Positions 28,131-42,465 of a stretch of 64,000 bases of DNA are shown one piece after another. The first letter of the stretch is position 1. The number at the start of each line of letters is the position of its first letter. Position numbers and translations under genes: made by a program. The DNA is taken from the NCBI RefSeq assembly GCF_009914755.1, contig NC_060926.1; one strand, given 5' to 3'. This DNA is from the human T2T-CHM13v2.0 reference genome, Homo sapiens. The notes under the pieces were generated by a model that was not told the origin of the DNA, ran no database searches, and was given only the letters and a program-made list of their open reading frames with translations.

Positions 28131-30165
28131 ATTTTATTCAACATAATACTGGAAGTCCTAAGCAGAGCAATTAAGCTAGAAAAAAAATAAAGAATATCCA
28201 AATTAAAAATAAAGATGTCAAATTATAATGTTTGCAAACAATATATTAGATTTAGAAAAATCTAAAGATTCCACCAAAAAACTAGAACAGACAAACCAAT
28301 TCAATAAAGTTTCAGGATATAAAATCAACATACAAAAACCAGTAGCATTTATATATGCCAACAGTGAACAGTCTAAAAAATAAATCAAGAAAGCAATCCT
28401 ATTTACTATACAAAATACCTATGAATAAATTTAACCAAAGAAGTGAAAGATTTATGCAATGAAAATTATAAAGTACTTATGAAAAAATTGAAGAGGACAA
28501 AACAAGGGAAAAATGTTCCATGCTCATGGATTGGAAGAATTAATATCATTAAAATGACCATACCGCCCAAAGCAATCTGCAGATTCAATACAATCTCTAT
28601 CAAAATACCAATGACATTCATCACAGAAATAGAAAAAAAAACCCTAAAATTCTAATGGGACCACTCAAGACCCCAAATAGCCAAACCATTCCTGAGCAAA
28701 AAGAACAAAGCTGGAGGCATCACACTACCTGACTTTGAAATACACTACAAAGCTATAGTAGCCAATAGAAAGGCTACTGGCATAAAAACAGACACACTGA
28801 CCAATGGCACAGAGTAGAGACTCAGAAATAAATCCATGCATTTACAGCTAACCCATTTTCAACATAGGTGCCAAGAACATATATCAGAGACAAGATGGCC
28901 TCTTCAATAAATGGTGGTGGGAAAACTGAATAACCAGATGCAGAAGAATGAAGCTAACCTCTATATCTCATCATATCAAAAATTAAATCAAAGTAGATTA
29001 AAGACAAATCTAAGACCTAAAACTATGAAACAACTAGAAGAAAACATTGGGGGAAATGCTTCGGGACACTGGTCTAGGCAAAGATTTTTTGGAAAAGACC
29101 TCAAAAGCACAGGCAGCCAAAACAAAAATAGACAAATGGGGTTATATCAAGTTTTAAAAAAACACAAAACCTCTGCAGAGCAAAGGAAACAATCAGCAAA
29201 GTGAAGATACAACCTACAGAACGGGAGAAAATATTTGCAAACTATCCATCTCACAAGGAATTAATAAGCAGAATATAGAAAGATTCAACTCTATAGCAAA
29301 AAACAATCTGATTAAAGAATGGGCAGAGCCAGGCACATGGCACTCATCTGTAATCCCAGCTACTTAGGAGGCTGAAGCAGGAAGATTGCTTGAGCCAGGG
29401 AGTTGGAGACAAGCCTGAGCAACATAGTGAGACCCTATCTCCAAAAAGGAGTGGGGGGGCAAAAGACCCAAATAGATATTTCTCAAAAGAAGACATACAA
29501 ATGGCCAACAGGTATTAAAAAAATGGTCAACATCAGTAATCATCAGGGAAATGCAAAGCAAAACCACAATGAGATATCATCTCACCCTAATTAAAATGGC
29601 TTTTATCAAAAAGACAAAAACAACAGATGGTGGTGAGGATGTGGAGAAAGGGGAATACCCATACATTGTTGATAGGAATGTTAGTATAGTCACTATAAAA
29701 CAGTATAGAAGTTCCTCAAAAAAATTATAAATAGAGCTGCCATATAATCTAGCAATCCTACTGCTAAAGACTTAAGTCTTTAATCCATTTTATCCAAAAG
29801 AAAGAAAATCAGTATATGGAAGACGTATCCACATTTTCATATTTATTACTCTATTCACAATAGCCAAGATATAGAATCAACCTATGTGTCCATCAATGGA
29901 TAAATGGATAAAGAAAATGTGGTACATATACACGGTGGAATATTATTCAGCCATAAAAAATACAATGCTTTCATTTACAGCAACTTGGATGGATCTGGAG
30001 GTCATTATGTTGAGTGAAATAAGCTGAGCACAGAAAGACAAATACCACATGCTGTCATTCATATGTGGGAGCTAAATGTGGATCTCATGGAGGTAGAGAG
30101 TGGATTCATGGTTACCAGAGGCTGGGAATAGTAGGGGTGAAGGAGAGACAAAGAAAGGTTGGTTA
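28131..30165 (+). mobile_element. L1MA-like fragment nested in the older L1M, containing a FLAM at ~29327-29447
   Basis: Restarts ORF2 (ttattcaacataatactggaagtcct) and runs to an L1MA-type 3'UTR (gtggatctcatggaggtagagagt..ggttaccagaggctggga). Confidence 0.85.
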
Positions 30166-30920
30166 GTAATCACATGAAAAGATTCTCAACCATATTAGTT
30201 ATTAGGGTAATGCAAACCAAAACCACAAGAAACCACTTCACATCCATTAAATCATCTATCATCAAAAAGATAGACAATAAAAAGTGTTGACAAGGATGTG
30301 GGGAAATCTGAATCCTCATTTATCGTTGGTGAGAATGCAAATGATGCAGTCACTTTGGAAAACAGCTTGGCAGTTCCTCAAAAAGTTAACCATTGAGTTG
30401 CCATATGGCCCAGCAATGCCAGTGCTAGGTATACACCCAAGAGCACTGAAAACATGTCTACACAAAAACTTGTACACTCATGTTCACAGAACATGATTAA
30501 TAGTAGCTAAAATGTGGAAACAACCCAAATGTCCATCAGCTGATGAACAGAGTGTGTTATAGCCATACGATGGAATATTATTTGGCCATAAAAAGGAAAA
30601 AAGATAGATGAACCTTGAAAGTATTATACTGAATGAAAGAATCCACATAATGTATGATTCCATTTATATAAACTGTCCAGAAGAGGCAAGTCTGTAGAGA
30701 CAGAAAGTAGATTAATGGTTTCCAGGGGCCTCAGAAAGGGGGAATGGGGTAATTGCAAATAAGCATAGGGCTTCTTTTTCGGGTAATGAAAATATTCTGG
30801 AACTAGTGTCAATGGTTGCACAACTTTGTGAATGTACTAAGAACACTGAATTGCACACGTTGAAAGGATGCATTTTTGATATGTGAATTACATCTCAATA
30901 AAGCTGTTATTTTATAAAAG
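30166..30920 (+). mobile_element. Old L1M (L1MB-like) 3' part and 3'UTR
   Basis: cacatgaaaagattctcaac resumes the host L1; ends gtgaattacatctcaataaagctgtt. Confidence 0.85.
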
Positions 30921-31254
30921 AAAGAAAGGAAAAGTAAAAGCAAGCTATACAGAAAAAGATAGCTAAACAGCTATCTATGATGCTTTAGGCCACCATCGTC
31001 CCTGGCTGCTTCAATGCTGTCAGGTATTTACATTGATTAGCTTCTGTTTAGTTGTGCTTTTTTTCTTTCTTTTTAAAATTTGAGGCTTCAATCCAAGCCA
31101 TCTAGCCAAATAAATTCCCAAACATGTGTTTCTGACACATGGCCAAATAATCTAGATTTAGAGAGGAAATCATGACCAAATTAATTTTAGTCATAAATTA
31201 ACAGACAGGCAGCTTCTAGAGACCCAAATATGTCTCTTTTTCAAACATGGTGAC

Positions 31255-31611
31255 TGTCTTACTCCATTCAGGCAGCTGTAACAAAAATACTATAGACTGG
31301 GTGGCTTAAACTACACTTACTTCTCACAGTTCTGGAGGCTGGGAAGTCCAAGATTAAGATGCAGATTCAGTGTCTGGTAGGGACCAGCTTACCAGTTTAT
31401 AGACTGTGGTCTTCTGACTATGTCCTTACATTGCAGAAAGGGGTGAAAGAGCTCTCTGGGTCTCTTTTATAAGGGCACTAATCTTATTCATGAGGACTCT
31501 GTCGTCATGACATAATCACCTCCCCAAAGCCACACCTCCCAATGCAGCACATTGAGGGTTAGGATTTCAACATATGAATTTTGGGGGGACACAAATATTC
31601 AGTCCATAGTA
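31255..31611 (-). mobile_element. MaLR solo LTR (MLT1A-like)
   Basis: ttctcacagttctggaggctgggaagtccaagat..tcaacatatgaattttggggggacacaaatattcag; exact 5-bp TSD gtgac. Confidence 0.9.
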
Positions 31612-31777
31612 GTGACATAGAAGCATTAAATTAATAGGTTTCCTTTAGTGCAAGGATAACATCCTGAAAATAATAATTAATTTAAAAGTTAAAATGAATA
31701 ACAAATGGAATGAAACACACACAGACATTTAAATGTACCCTGAGGAATGCCCTTTTATATTACCATATTAAGAGTGT

Positions 31778-31807
31778 CGAGAGAGAGAGAGAAAGAGAGA
31801 GAGAGAG
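31778..31807. repeat. (GA)n microsatellite
   Basis: gagagagagagagaaagagagagagagag. Confidence 0.9.
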
Positions 31808-33224
31808 CTTTACCTGTGGGTGTATAGTAATTTTGGGTAGTTAAGCAGCACCCTTCTTTTGAGTTGCTCACAATGCTTTATAGCATTCACTTCAATTGTG
31901 ACAACACTCCTGTGGGTGGCAGGCATTGTACTAAAAGTGCGGTACAGCTGCAGGTCAGACAACCCAGGGGCACACAGTTTTCACATGAACAGTTTATAGC
32001 ACAGGTGGGTGCCGAGCCCACAGGGTCGGTCCAGTCATGCCTCATCCACATCTGACCAAGGTGGCATCTTCTTGGACTGATGAGCTCTCGAATGAATAAC
32101 AGTTTTGAGTTCCCATTATTCTGGGTTTCCCAAGTGTGCGTGCCATATCTGAAACAGATGGTCAGTATTACAGGATGATGACGGTTTTTAATGGTAATAG
32201 GAATCACATGATTAACACTTCCTGAAAAGAACTGGATTACATATTGAAAATTGGACCTCAGCTCTTCAAAAAAATATTATTTGATTTCCTGTCTCATTTC
32301 CAGAAAATCATAGGAATACTGAAAGTCTGTGAAGAGTATTTTGAAATGGATTAACATCTACACTTGTTTTTTGTCACACTGATCTCTAAGGCCCCATTCA
32401 ACTATTTACTTATTTGGCAGTTATGGTACTTTCTCTACACACCAAAAGCCTGGGGAGGGACATGCATGCAGGGACAACGTCCATTTTATTTTCCCGTGTT
32501 GTCCCAAGCTTAGCACTGTGCCTGGCACATAGAATGTGCTCAACAACAGTTTTTGAATAAATAAATCTTGCAGTATTTTGCTTTATAAGACTTTTCTTTG
32601 ACTATATGGCACTCCAGTTGGAGTTCTATTTATCATAACAACCCCTTCTAGGAATGCTTTTGTTGCACAGATAATGTGTTTTTATTTTTCCAGATTTCTT
32701 TCATTTCTGATTTACTCTGACCATTCACAAAAGGATATTAAGATTTGAAGATTTCCAAACACCTCTGGTGAGGGAATTTCTATAAGTGTTCAAATGTTTC
32801 TTGACTACATTTTAAAAGGTTATTTATATCTGCAGTATTTTTGGCACTTAACAAGTAATAACATATTCATATTACATCAACACTTACTTCATTGTTTTTC
32901 CTTTAAAAGTTCTTAGGGAAAAAAAAAAAAAACCTTAACATCTTCCCAGATTGTATTTCCCTCATCTCCATTAGTTACCAGTGTTGACTCTATTCTTTTT
33001 ATTGCCAATATTCCTGCAGAAAACTTAGAGATGACCTATTTGTCCTTGATTTTTGCTTCCAAAGATGTGCCACCAAAGAATAGGAATTTCTTATAGAATG
33101 CATATGCTTTAGGGGCATCTGTCTCTAACTTTACAAAAATAAAATAATAAAGTTATGTGTTTTCTTCACACATTTGAAAGCCAGAAATAGATTCAAACGT
33201 ACATTTTTCTATCCGTGTGCCAAG

Positions 33225-33470
33225 CTAATAAGCTGAGCGCAACAGACTGCATCGCGCAGGCCACCGCGGCTCCGCCCTCGCACTGCGCTCTTCCTCCTCC
33301 CGCGCCTACCGCGTCCCTCCTCCCACTGGGAACTGGCCGGCCAGCAGCCCCCCGCAGTCCCTCCAGCTGCTCCCCTGGCAGCTGCACACTTGCCTCTGGG
33401 TCTGTCGTGCCTCTTTGTGTTCCTGGGCATCATTAAAATAATAGAATCGCAGCGTTTAGAGCCGAGTGAC
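33225..33470. promoter_or_regulatory. Small orphan CpG-rich element (candidate enhancer or weak promoter)
   Basis: Abrupt GC/CpG-rich patch in AT-rich flanks with no repeat recognised; GC box ctccgccc and two CAGCTG E-boxes. Confidence 0.55.
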
Positions 33471-33879
33471 TTTGGACTGGCTCCTCTGACACCACTGAAT
33501 TTCTGCAGATCATTTACTCCATTTTAGACTCTTAACACTTCACCATCTGGAAGGTCTTGGGGAGGGCACTGGGACCAGCGAAATGTCTGCTGCATCATGT
33601 GGGGCACTTTTAGTGACCTCCCCTTGAAGCAGACGTCAATGGGAAGTGTTCTAGGTGCCCACAGAGAGGGGTCTGATGGAGGACGCCTGTTACTGCTTCT
33701 TCACCCTCAAAGGAAGGAAACCTTTTAGACTTCTGAGGAGGTAGAACTCAACAGTATACATGCTCTTAACTAGCAATATTTATGGTACACGTTCTTCCTT
33801 TATAAAATCAGTTCTGCAATGCCTGCTACTCCAGTCTCTGTTATCTCAGGAACTCTTGAGTGAAGACTATCCCCTGACC

Positions 33880-34230
33880 TAAGCTGGGCCCATCAGAATC
33901 TCTCTGGGGAGTTCGGAACTGGAACAGAAATGCTCATCTCTCTCCTGGTTTCTCCAACAGGAAAGATGTGCATGGGGAGCTGGGGATGGGCAGTGTTTGG
34001 GGCTGTGTACCTTGAGGTAGTGAAAACAGATCTGCTGATCCTGCAGGCAGTGAAAGAGAGAGAGAAAGAAAAATAAATCTACAGTGAGAAAAATAGACAT
34101 GAGAAAAAGCCAGCTTCCCGGCTTCCCAGAAGCTTCCTGGCTCTTGGTTCTAGTCCCCCAGGAGATTGTGCTACTTCCTCGCCTGGCCTGAAGTTAGTTT
34201 CTCTTCCATGCAACAAAAATCCTCTCCTCA
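33880..34230 (+). mobile_element. Old MaLR LTR fragment (MLT1J/K-like)
   Basis: Degenerate; 3' end aagttagtttctcttccatgcaacaaaaatcc resembles MLT1 termini. Confidence 0.4.
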
Positions 34231-34587
34231 GATGTTGACTCCATAAGGCTTCTGACCACAAAGCACAATCATAATTCTTTCATTGAGTTTAACTATCCAA
34301 AATCTCAAGAATCTCAAACTCAATTAAGAACCCAGAATTAGACAGATGACATATCCAAATAGTGAAAGCTATGTTTTTGGTCCAGAATTGTGCAGAGCGT
34401 CAGTCCTAGCTGCGCCTGGCCCTGCTCACTAACTCCTCCTCAAAAAACAATTCATCAGATTTATCTTGCAGCTGCTATATGCTCTGCACCAGGTCAAATG
34501 CTGAAGTTTTGGAAGCCATCATGACACAGCCCGATTCCCATGAGCTTTCAATTTAGTAGGGAACTTAGACAAGTAAAACACATTACA

Positions 34588-36136
34588 CAAGCGGTCTTTA
34601 AAAAGTTCATTGAAATACGTATTATGAAAAAACTATGCATAGATGTCAAAAATTTTTTGCACCAAAATAAACTTGTACTAACTTGTTATAACATGTCTGA
34701 AAAGGATCTAGTTCGAGGCACTAAGATATCAGTTTGTAAGGAGTCCCTTATCAGAGCAACGTGAATTCTGCTAAAATTGAAGCAAGAACAAACATTAAAT
34801 TTTTGGTGAAGCTTGGTTGGAAGAATGATGAAATCATTAACTTTTAATGAAAAGTTTATTGGGACAATGCCCCCCAAAACTAAGCAGTTTATAAATAGAA
34901 TAATTCATTTTAAGAAGAGGTGAGACAATGTTAAAGCTGAAGCCTAGAGCAGCAGACCATCCACGTCAATTTGTGAGTTAAAACTCATCTTGTTTGAGCC
35001 CTAATTGAAGAGGACCAATGATTAACAGCAGAAACAATAGCCAACACCATAGACATCTCAGTTGGTTCCACTTACACAATTCTGACTGAAAAATTAAAGT
35101 TGAGCAAATTCTCCACTTGATGCGTGTCAAAACCGTTGTGCCCAGATCAGCTGCAGACAAAAGGAGAGCTTTTGACGGAAATTTTAAAACAAGTGGGATC
35201 AACAATTTCAGAGCATTTCTTCAAAGAACTGTAACAGGAAATAAAACATGGCTTCGCCAGTACAATCCTAAAGACAAAACACAATCACAGCAATAGCTAC
35301 CAAGAGGGGGATGTGCTTCAGTCAAAGCACAAGCAGACCATCAAGAACCAAGGTCGTGGTGAAGGATTTTTTCGGATGCTCAAGGCACTTTGCTTGTTGA
35401 CTTTCTGGAGGGCCAAAGAACAGTAACATTTGCTTATTATGAGCATGTTTTGAGAAAGCCAAAGCTTTAGCAGAAAAATGCCCAGGAAAGCTTCACCAAA
35501 GAGTTCTCCACCACAACAATGCTCCTGCTCATTCATTCCTCTCATCAGACAAGGGCAATTTTTGTTTTTGTTTTTAAGATGGAGTCTCGCTCTGTTGCCC
35601 AGAGCAATCTCGTCTCACTGCAACTTCTGCCTCCTGGGTTCAAGCCATTCTCTTGCCTCAGCCTCCCGAGTAGCTGGGATTACAGGCCAGCACCACCACG
35701 CCCAGCTAATTTTTGTATTTTTAGTAGAGACGGGGTTTCACCATGTTGGCCAGGCTAGCCTCAAACTCCTGACCTTGTGATCTGCCCACCTCAGCCTCCC
35801 AAAGTGCTGGGATTACACCCTGCCCTGCCAGACAAGGGCAATACTTTGAGTTTTGATGTGAAATGATTAGGCATCCACCTTACAGTCCTGATACGGCTCC
35901 TTCTGACTTTTTGTTTCCTAAAAAAATCCTTAAATCTTTTTTTTTCAGTTAATAATGTGAAAAAGACTACATTGACCTGGTTAATTTCATAGAACCCTCA
36001 GTTCTTTAGGGATGGACTAAATGGCTATTATCACTTATAAAAATGTCTTGAACCTGTTGGAGTTTATGTTGAGAAATGAAGTTTATATACTTTATTTTTA
36101 TCTTTTAATTCCGTTTTTTCATGAACCTTTTGAACT
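34588..36136 (+). mobile_element. HSMAR2 mariner, near full length, dead transposase
   Basis: TIRs ggtctttaaaaagttcattgaaa / tttcatgaaccttttgaa; remnants [28 protein letters not shown] and HPPYSPD(T)APSDF; ATG mutated, stops and frameshifts. Confidence 0.92.
35560..35828 (-). mobile_element. Alu (AluS-like) inserted in the HSMAR2 transposase
   Basis: TSD cagacaagggcaat at 35546-35559 and 35829-35842. Confidence 0.93.
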
Positions 36137-36205
36137 AGTAACAGAATTTTCTAATTTAACTTCACTCAGTTTAAATCTCAGTGTTGTTCGAGAAATCATA
36201 ATATT

Positions 36206-36339
36206 GGCCAGGTACAGTGGCTCATGTCTGTAGTCGTAGTGCTTTGGGAGGCTGAGGCAGGAGGATTGCTTGAGGCCAGGAGTTTGGGACCAGCCTGGCC
36301 AACATAGTGAGACCCTGTTTCTAATTAAAAAAAAAAAAA
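36206..36339 (+). mobile_element. FLAM / Alu left monomer
   Basis: Single monomer with A tail. Confidence 0.88.
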
Positions 36340-37022
36340 GATCTGAGTCACACAGCAGAAAAACAAATATAAAAAATGATAATACTACTTTGCAGATTTT
36401 ATCTGTTTAATATTTCAACAGGCCAAGCGTATCAGCTACAAAAATCTCAAGAATTGTAAAGATATGACCAACTTAAATTATTTGAAGATGTTGTATGAGA
36501 CTTGCAGAGTTCTAGATGGGGAAGAAACTGTTTCCAAGATGCTTACATATCCAACCAAAGGAAATAGATTAGAAAACAGCAGGATGATCACACAACATAG
36601 CTTCACTTTGCTGGTTGTGTGGAATGGGCCTTACAGGACACCATCAACTTTGCTACAATCGTGTTGCATTTTTATTTAGGCTCTCAGTGTTGACAGTACA
36701 GCAAAGCCCTTTTGGTCAAGGAAACAAACCTTAGACATTGTCAGAGACCAGTTACAAGATCAAGTGGTTTTATAAGATCAATGTAAAAAAAACTTTATAT
36801 TAATATTTTACTACTTTTATTTTGAATATGTACCAAAGAGCATATGTTATATTTTAAAGCTAATTTGGTAATTTAGAATAAGACTTATAAAAGCAACTTC
36901 TTTCAGATTATATATTAACACATGTTGATTGCAGAATATTTGGATAATATAGATCAATACTGTATAACCTAATCCACAAAACCACTTTATTGTTATAGTC
37001 ATGACTTTTATTTTTGTAATTA

Positions 37023-37416
<394 letters not shown>

Positions 37417-38580
37417 GACACTATGGTCTTACTGGATCCAAAGAGTGACAAGGGTGAGTTGTGTTTCCATTGCTAGGTCTAGAGGGAAGTGGGAAGCTTG
37501 ACCATTTCACTAGTGCTCTCCTTCCTTGCAGCCTCACAGGGCTCTGTGGAAGTATGGTCCTGCATGGTCCATGCTGTGGCAAATGCCCTTGCTGCATCTG
37601 GCCCTGCCTAGCCATGTAGGGCCCCAACCTGGGGTCCTACAATTATAGGTCTCTTGGAGTCCCTCTCAGTCAATGATAGTCACCATTTCCTGTATTCTCA
37701 GCATAGGACCAAAGTAGCTGGATCCCAAGAAGCTTCTAACTTAGCCACATGCTGTGCTTCCTCCAAGAATGCCTAAGCCCTTAAATTTATCCCAGGATGT
37801 CAACTTAGGTTTGCTGATTCCTAATGATAATTTTATTTCAGGTCCTCATTACTGTTCTCTGATAATGGGCCTTGGCCAGGTTACCCTGATCAATCTTGAA
37901 AAGAGCAGGGTAGAATATGTGTCCTTGCCTTTCCAGATGGTCAGGGCTCCATCCTCATATTATCCAACCACTTCATCAGGGACCAACTTTGTTTACCCTG
38001 GGTTTCAGAGAATGGCATAATACCAGAAGGATGGGTAAACTCTATTCCCAACATTTCCATAACTAAGGGGGGCAACTGGAATGACTTGGCAGGCGACAAA
38101 TGAAATCCTGTTATGTCAATTAAAAAAAAATCCATGACCAAGCAGTAATATGTGGTCATTATAGAATATACAGAATATTACAAAGAAAATAAAAATCCTT
38201 CATAATCCCATCCACAGATAACCTGTTAATGCTGTAGAGGACTCTTGTCCTAACTTGCCTTCCCACCCACCGTTGCAGTACTCTTCCATACCCATCCAAC
38301 AATTTAGACACGTTGCTGCTCTGAACACTCCATTCTTTACTTCTTTGTGCATTGTATTTCCTTGTCCTGCAATGCCTTCCTATTTTTCCCTGTTGAAATC
38401 TACTTCTTTTAAGGTCCAGATCGAATGTCACTTTCCTCTTAAGTGCATTCTGATTGCACCCTCTGAATGAAGCTCCACCTACTCGGACCACCCACAATTT
38501 GTACTTTACTTGAGGCACATATATCATGCCTTTGAACTGTACTAATTGTTGCAGTAGTGTCAACTCCACGACTAAACTGA

Positions 38581-39086
<506 letters not shown>

Positions 39087-39113
39087 TAACTTTATTAAAA
39101 TAAAAAATGATAA

Positions 39114-39412
39114 GGCCAGGTACTGTGGTTCACACCTGTAATCCCAGTGACTCAGGAGACTGATAAAGGAGGATCACCTGAGGCCTGGAATACAAGACCA
39201 CCCTAAACAACAAAGCAAGACCCTGTCTCCACAACAAATTAAAAAATTAGCCAGGCATGGTGGTCACATGCCTATAGTTGTAGCTATTCGGGAGGCTGAG
39301 GCAGGAAAATCGCTTGAACCCAGGAGTTTGAGGTTACAGTGAGCTATGATTGTGCCACTTCACTCCAGCCTGGGCAACAAAGCAAGATTCTGTGTCTTAA
39401 AAAAAAGAAAAG
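39114..39412 (+). mobile_element. Alu (AluJ-like)
   Basis: Diverged dimer with A tail. Confidence 0.9.
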
Positions 39413-40548
39413 TATCAAATGTCTGTTGTAAGACTCCAGGTATTTACTATTTCAAACTTTTCTTAAATTTATTTTTAAAAAGTTCAGATGCATAAAATTA
39501 TAAATAATAATATAATAAACACCCACATACCCAGCATCCATATTAAGAAACAAAACATTACCAATATAACTGAAGTCCTGTAAATTCCATCCTTAATGCA
39601 CCCCTTTATGCCTCTACCATAGTTAGGCAAATCCTGAACTTGGGGATTAATCTTTCTAAGCATTTATTTTTATTTTAACCATATTACATATGTATTTATA
39701 ATGTGTGTTTGTTTAATTATTTAAGAATATTCAATTCTGCTATACAAAATAAGAGAAACAAACACATAGGGAGAAAAAAATGAAACTAAGAATTGAAGCA
39801 AGTAGCTTATGAAACAAGCAAAATTCCTACAAAATGTAGTAGTGCATTTGCGTAATGAACATAATTAGAAAGAGATGGAAAGAACAAGAAACACCTAATA
39901 GTCATGATACATGTGAGGCCCTGAATCATCCAACTTTCATGACGCACTGAAGATACTTAAGGCATATCAGGCATTCCCTATTCAAAAGGTTTTAATCTGG
40001 CCAACCGTTGGCTCCTCATATCCTCTGCAAAAGAAATATAAATAAAATCCATAGCTGTTCATGAGGTTAACTGATGAGCTACTGCTGTCAGCTAGACCCA
40101 CTCTGCTCCCAAGACTTTAGAGCAACTGTGTGTTTTGACCCTAAACACCCGTCTGTTGGGCTGCTTTGGTTAAATCTCAACTCTGATCTTTGCAAGCAAA
40201 CACTTGGTTAGGAAGGCTGATGTGGCAGGGAGAGACAGGACTGAGGATTCAGGTGTTGTCATCTTTCCACCCTGCCTCCTGTGACACATCTTAAATGTGT
40301 TAACCCCCTCCATGTCTTTCACCTAGCTTCTTATGGTGTGTTTTAAATTGATTTAATAAGCCACGTGATTTGAGGATTTTGTTTTGGTCCATAAGCCTTT
40401 CTTGTTCTGTGATCCCTTGAATAGCTTGCCTGTTAGTGTACTTACAGGCTACCATTGCAGCAACAATGGTTGTTGTTTCCCACACAACAATAGCATTTGC
40501 AAGTTTTTAACCTAGATAGAAATATATTCTACACATTCATCTGCAATC

Positions 40549-40840
40549 TTTTTTTTAAGAGACAAGAGTCTTGCTCTGTCACCCAGAATGGAGTGCATTG
40601 GTGCAGTCATAGCTCACTGCAGCCTACAACTCTTGGGCTCAAGGAATCCTCCCACCTCAGCCTCCTGAGTAGCTAGGACCATGGGCATGTGCCACCAAGG
40701 CTTGGCTAATTTTATTTTTTGTAGAGCAGGGCCTTGCTGTGTTGCCCAGGCTGGTCTCAAACTCTTGGCCTCAAGAAGTCTTCCTGCCTTGGCCTCCCAA
40801 AGTGCTCCCAATTTACAGGCATGAGCCACTGCGTCTGGTC
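40549..40840 (-). mobile_element. Alu (AluJ-like)
   Basis: Antisense dimer (catagctcactgcagcc..ctcttgggctcaag). Confidence 0.9.
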
Positions 40841-41194
40841 TTGCAACTTGATTTTTGGTCAACTTGATCAACATCTTGTTTGTGAGATTCTTCCATGGGA
40901 GATATGCATATCTATTTCATTCATTTTCAGAGCTATATTCATTGAATATTTCACAATTTACCCATAAATTCTTCTGTTGATCTAATATACATCATTTCCA
41001 ATTTTTTCTATGCTGCTGTGAATATTCTTGTATGTATCTCCTTGGGCACAGGTAAGAGAGCTTCTCAGAGACTACACCTAGGAGTGCAATTTCTGGGTCA
41101 CAGAGTATGCACACCTTTAACTTAACTAAATACCACCAAATTGCTCTCCAAAGTGTTTGTACCAATTTATACTCTTAACAGAAGTAAGTTCCTA

Positions 41195-41469
41195 TGTTGT
41201 TTGTTTTTTGAGACAGGCTCTCACTCTGCGGCCCAGGCTGGAGTGCAGGGGCATGATTATAGCTCACGGCAGCCTTGGACTCCAGGCTTAAGCAATCCTC
41301 CTACTTCAGCCTCCCCACTAGGTGGAACCACAGGCGTGTGCCATCATGCCTGGTTAAGTTTTTATTTTTTGTAGAGACGGGATCTCATTATATTGCTCAG
41401 GCTAGTTGCTAACTCCTGGACTCAGGTGATCCTCCTGCCTTGGCCTCCCAAAATATTGGAATTAAAGGC
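41195..41469 (-). mobile_element. Alu (AluJ-like) within an antisense L1ME fragment (~40850-41550)
   Basis: Antisense Alu; flanks gctgtgaatattcttgta..ccaaattgctctccaaagtg..ccaacactt are L1ME-like. Confidence 0.85.
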
Positions 41470-42294
41470 AGTTTCTATGTTCTTAATCCTAGCCAACACT
41501 TTGTGCTGTCAGACTTTTAAAATTTTTACTGATCTGATGAATGGATGAGCTCTGCTCACAAAGAATCATCTTATGGCATTTCCTTAGTACTTTAATTATG
41601 AGGAAAAAAAATCTGTGCAAATTTTGTGTCAGATTTTTGGATTTTCTCATTCTCTGCTTAAGGCCAAGTAAGGTTTCCTCTTTCTATTTCCATCACTGTC
41701 AGCAGCAAAGGAAAAACTTTGCAACAAAACTTGTTATATTTTTTTCAGAAGGATTAAAGTTTGGAAGAATACCATATTGGAGGCTTTAAGTCTCAAAAAT
41801 ATCCCTCTGATTATACAGGGGCATAAGAAAATGAATTTAACTGCATCCATGCAAATCAATCATCACTAAGCGTATGTCGTAATGACGGTAGGTCAGTAGT
41901 GGAACAACTATGACTCACAGGCTGAGAATGCCCTCATTTAAGAAATTCTACAAAGTTGCTCCCTACCCCAGAATATCTACCCCAGGGGCTTGTTCCATGT
42001 CTCAAATTCAGCTACTAAAGTGCTGAAGTCCAAAATTTTCATATTTAAGAAAACTCCAAAAGAAAACACATCTCAAAAATCATATTTAGTACTTATAAGT
42101 CATTAGCACCTTATTTGTCACATCTCTTAAAAACACAAAAGGAATGGGACACAGAACCTGCAAGTGCTAATAAGGCATAAGGTGGAGGCCACCCTCAACT
42201 TCTTCCTCCCCCTTTATCCAGAACATTCAGACAGACAAATCTCTGTTCTTAGCATCTTGCTTAAATCTTTTCGATGGCTCCCCAAAAGGGCTAG

Positions 42295-42465
42295 CAGTGT
42301 TCTCCAAGTGTGGTCTAGGGGTCCCTTCTGGCTTCAGATCCTTCACTAAGGTAATCATTTAAAAAGTACAGATTTCCCAAGTGCCAGCCCAGGCCTACTT
42401 AATCAGTATGTCTGACAGGGAGATCCTGGAATCTGTTTTCAATAAATAATCCAGCTTGATTTTCT
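42295..42465. mobile_element. MER5-type hAT element
   Basis: cagtgttctccaagtgtggtc..cctacttaatcag..ggaatctgtttt. Confidence 0.65.
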
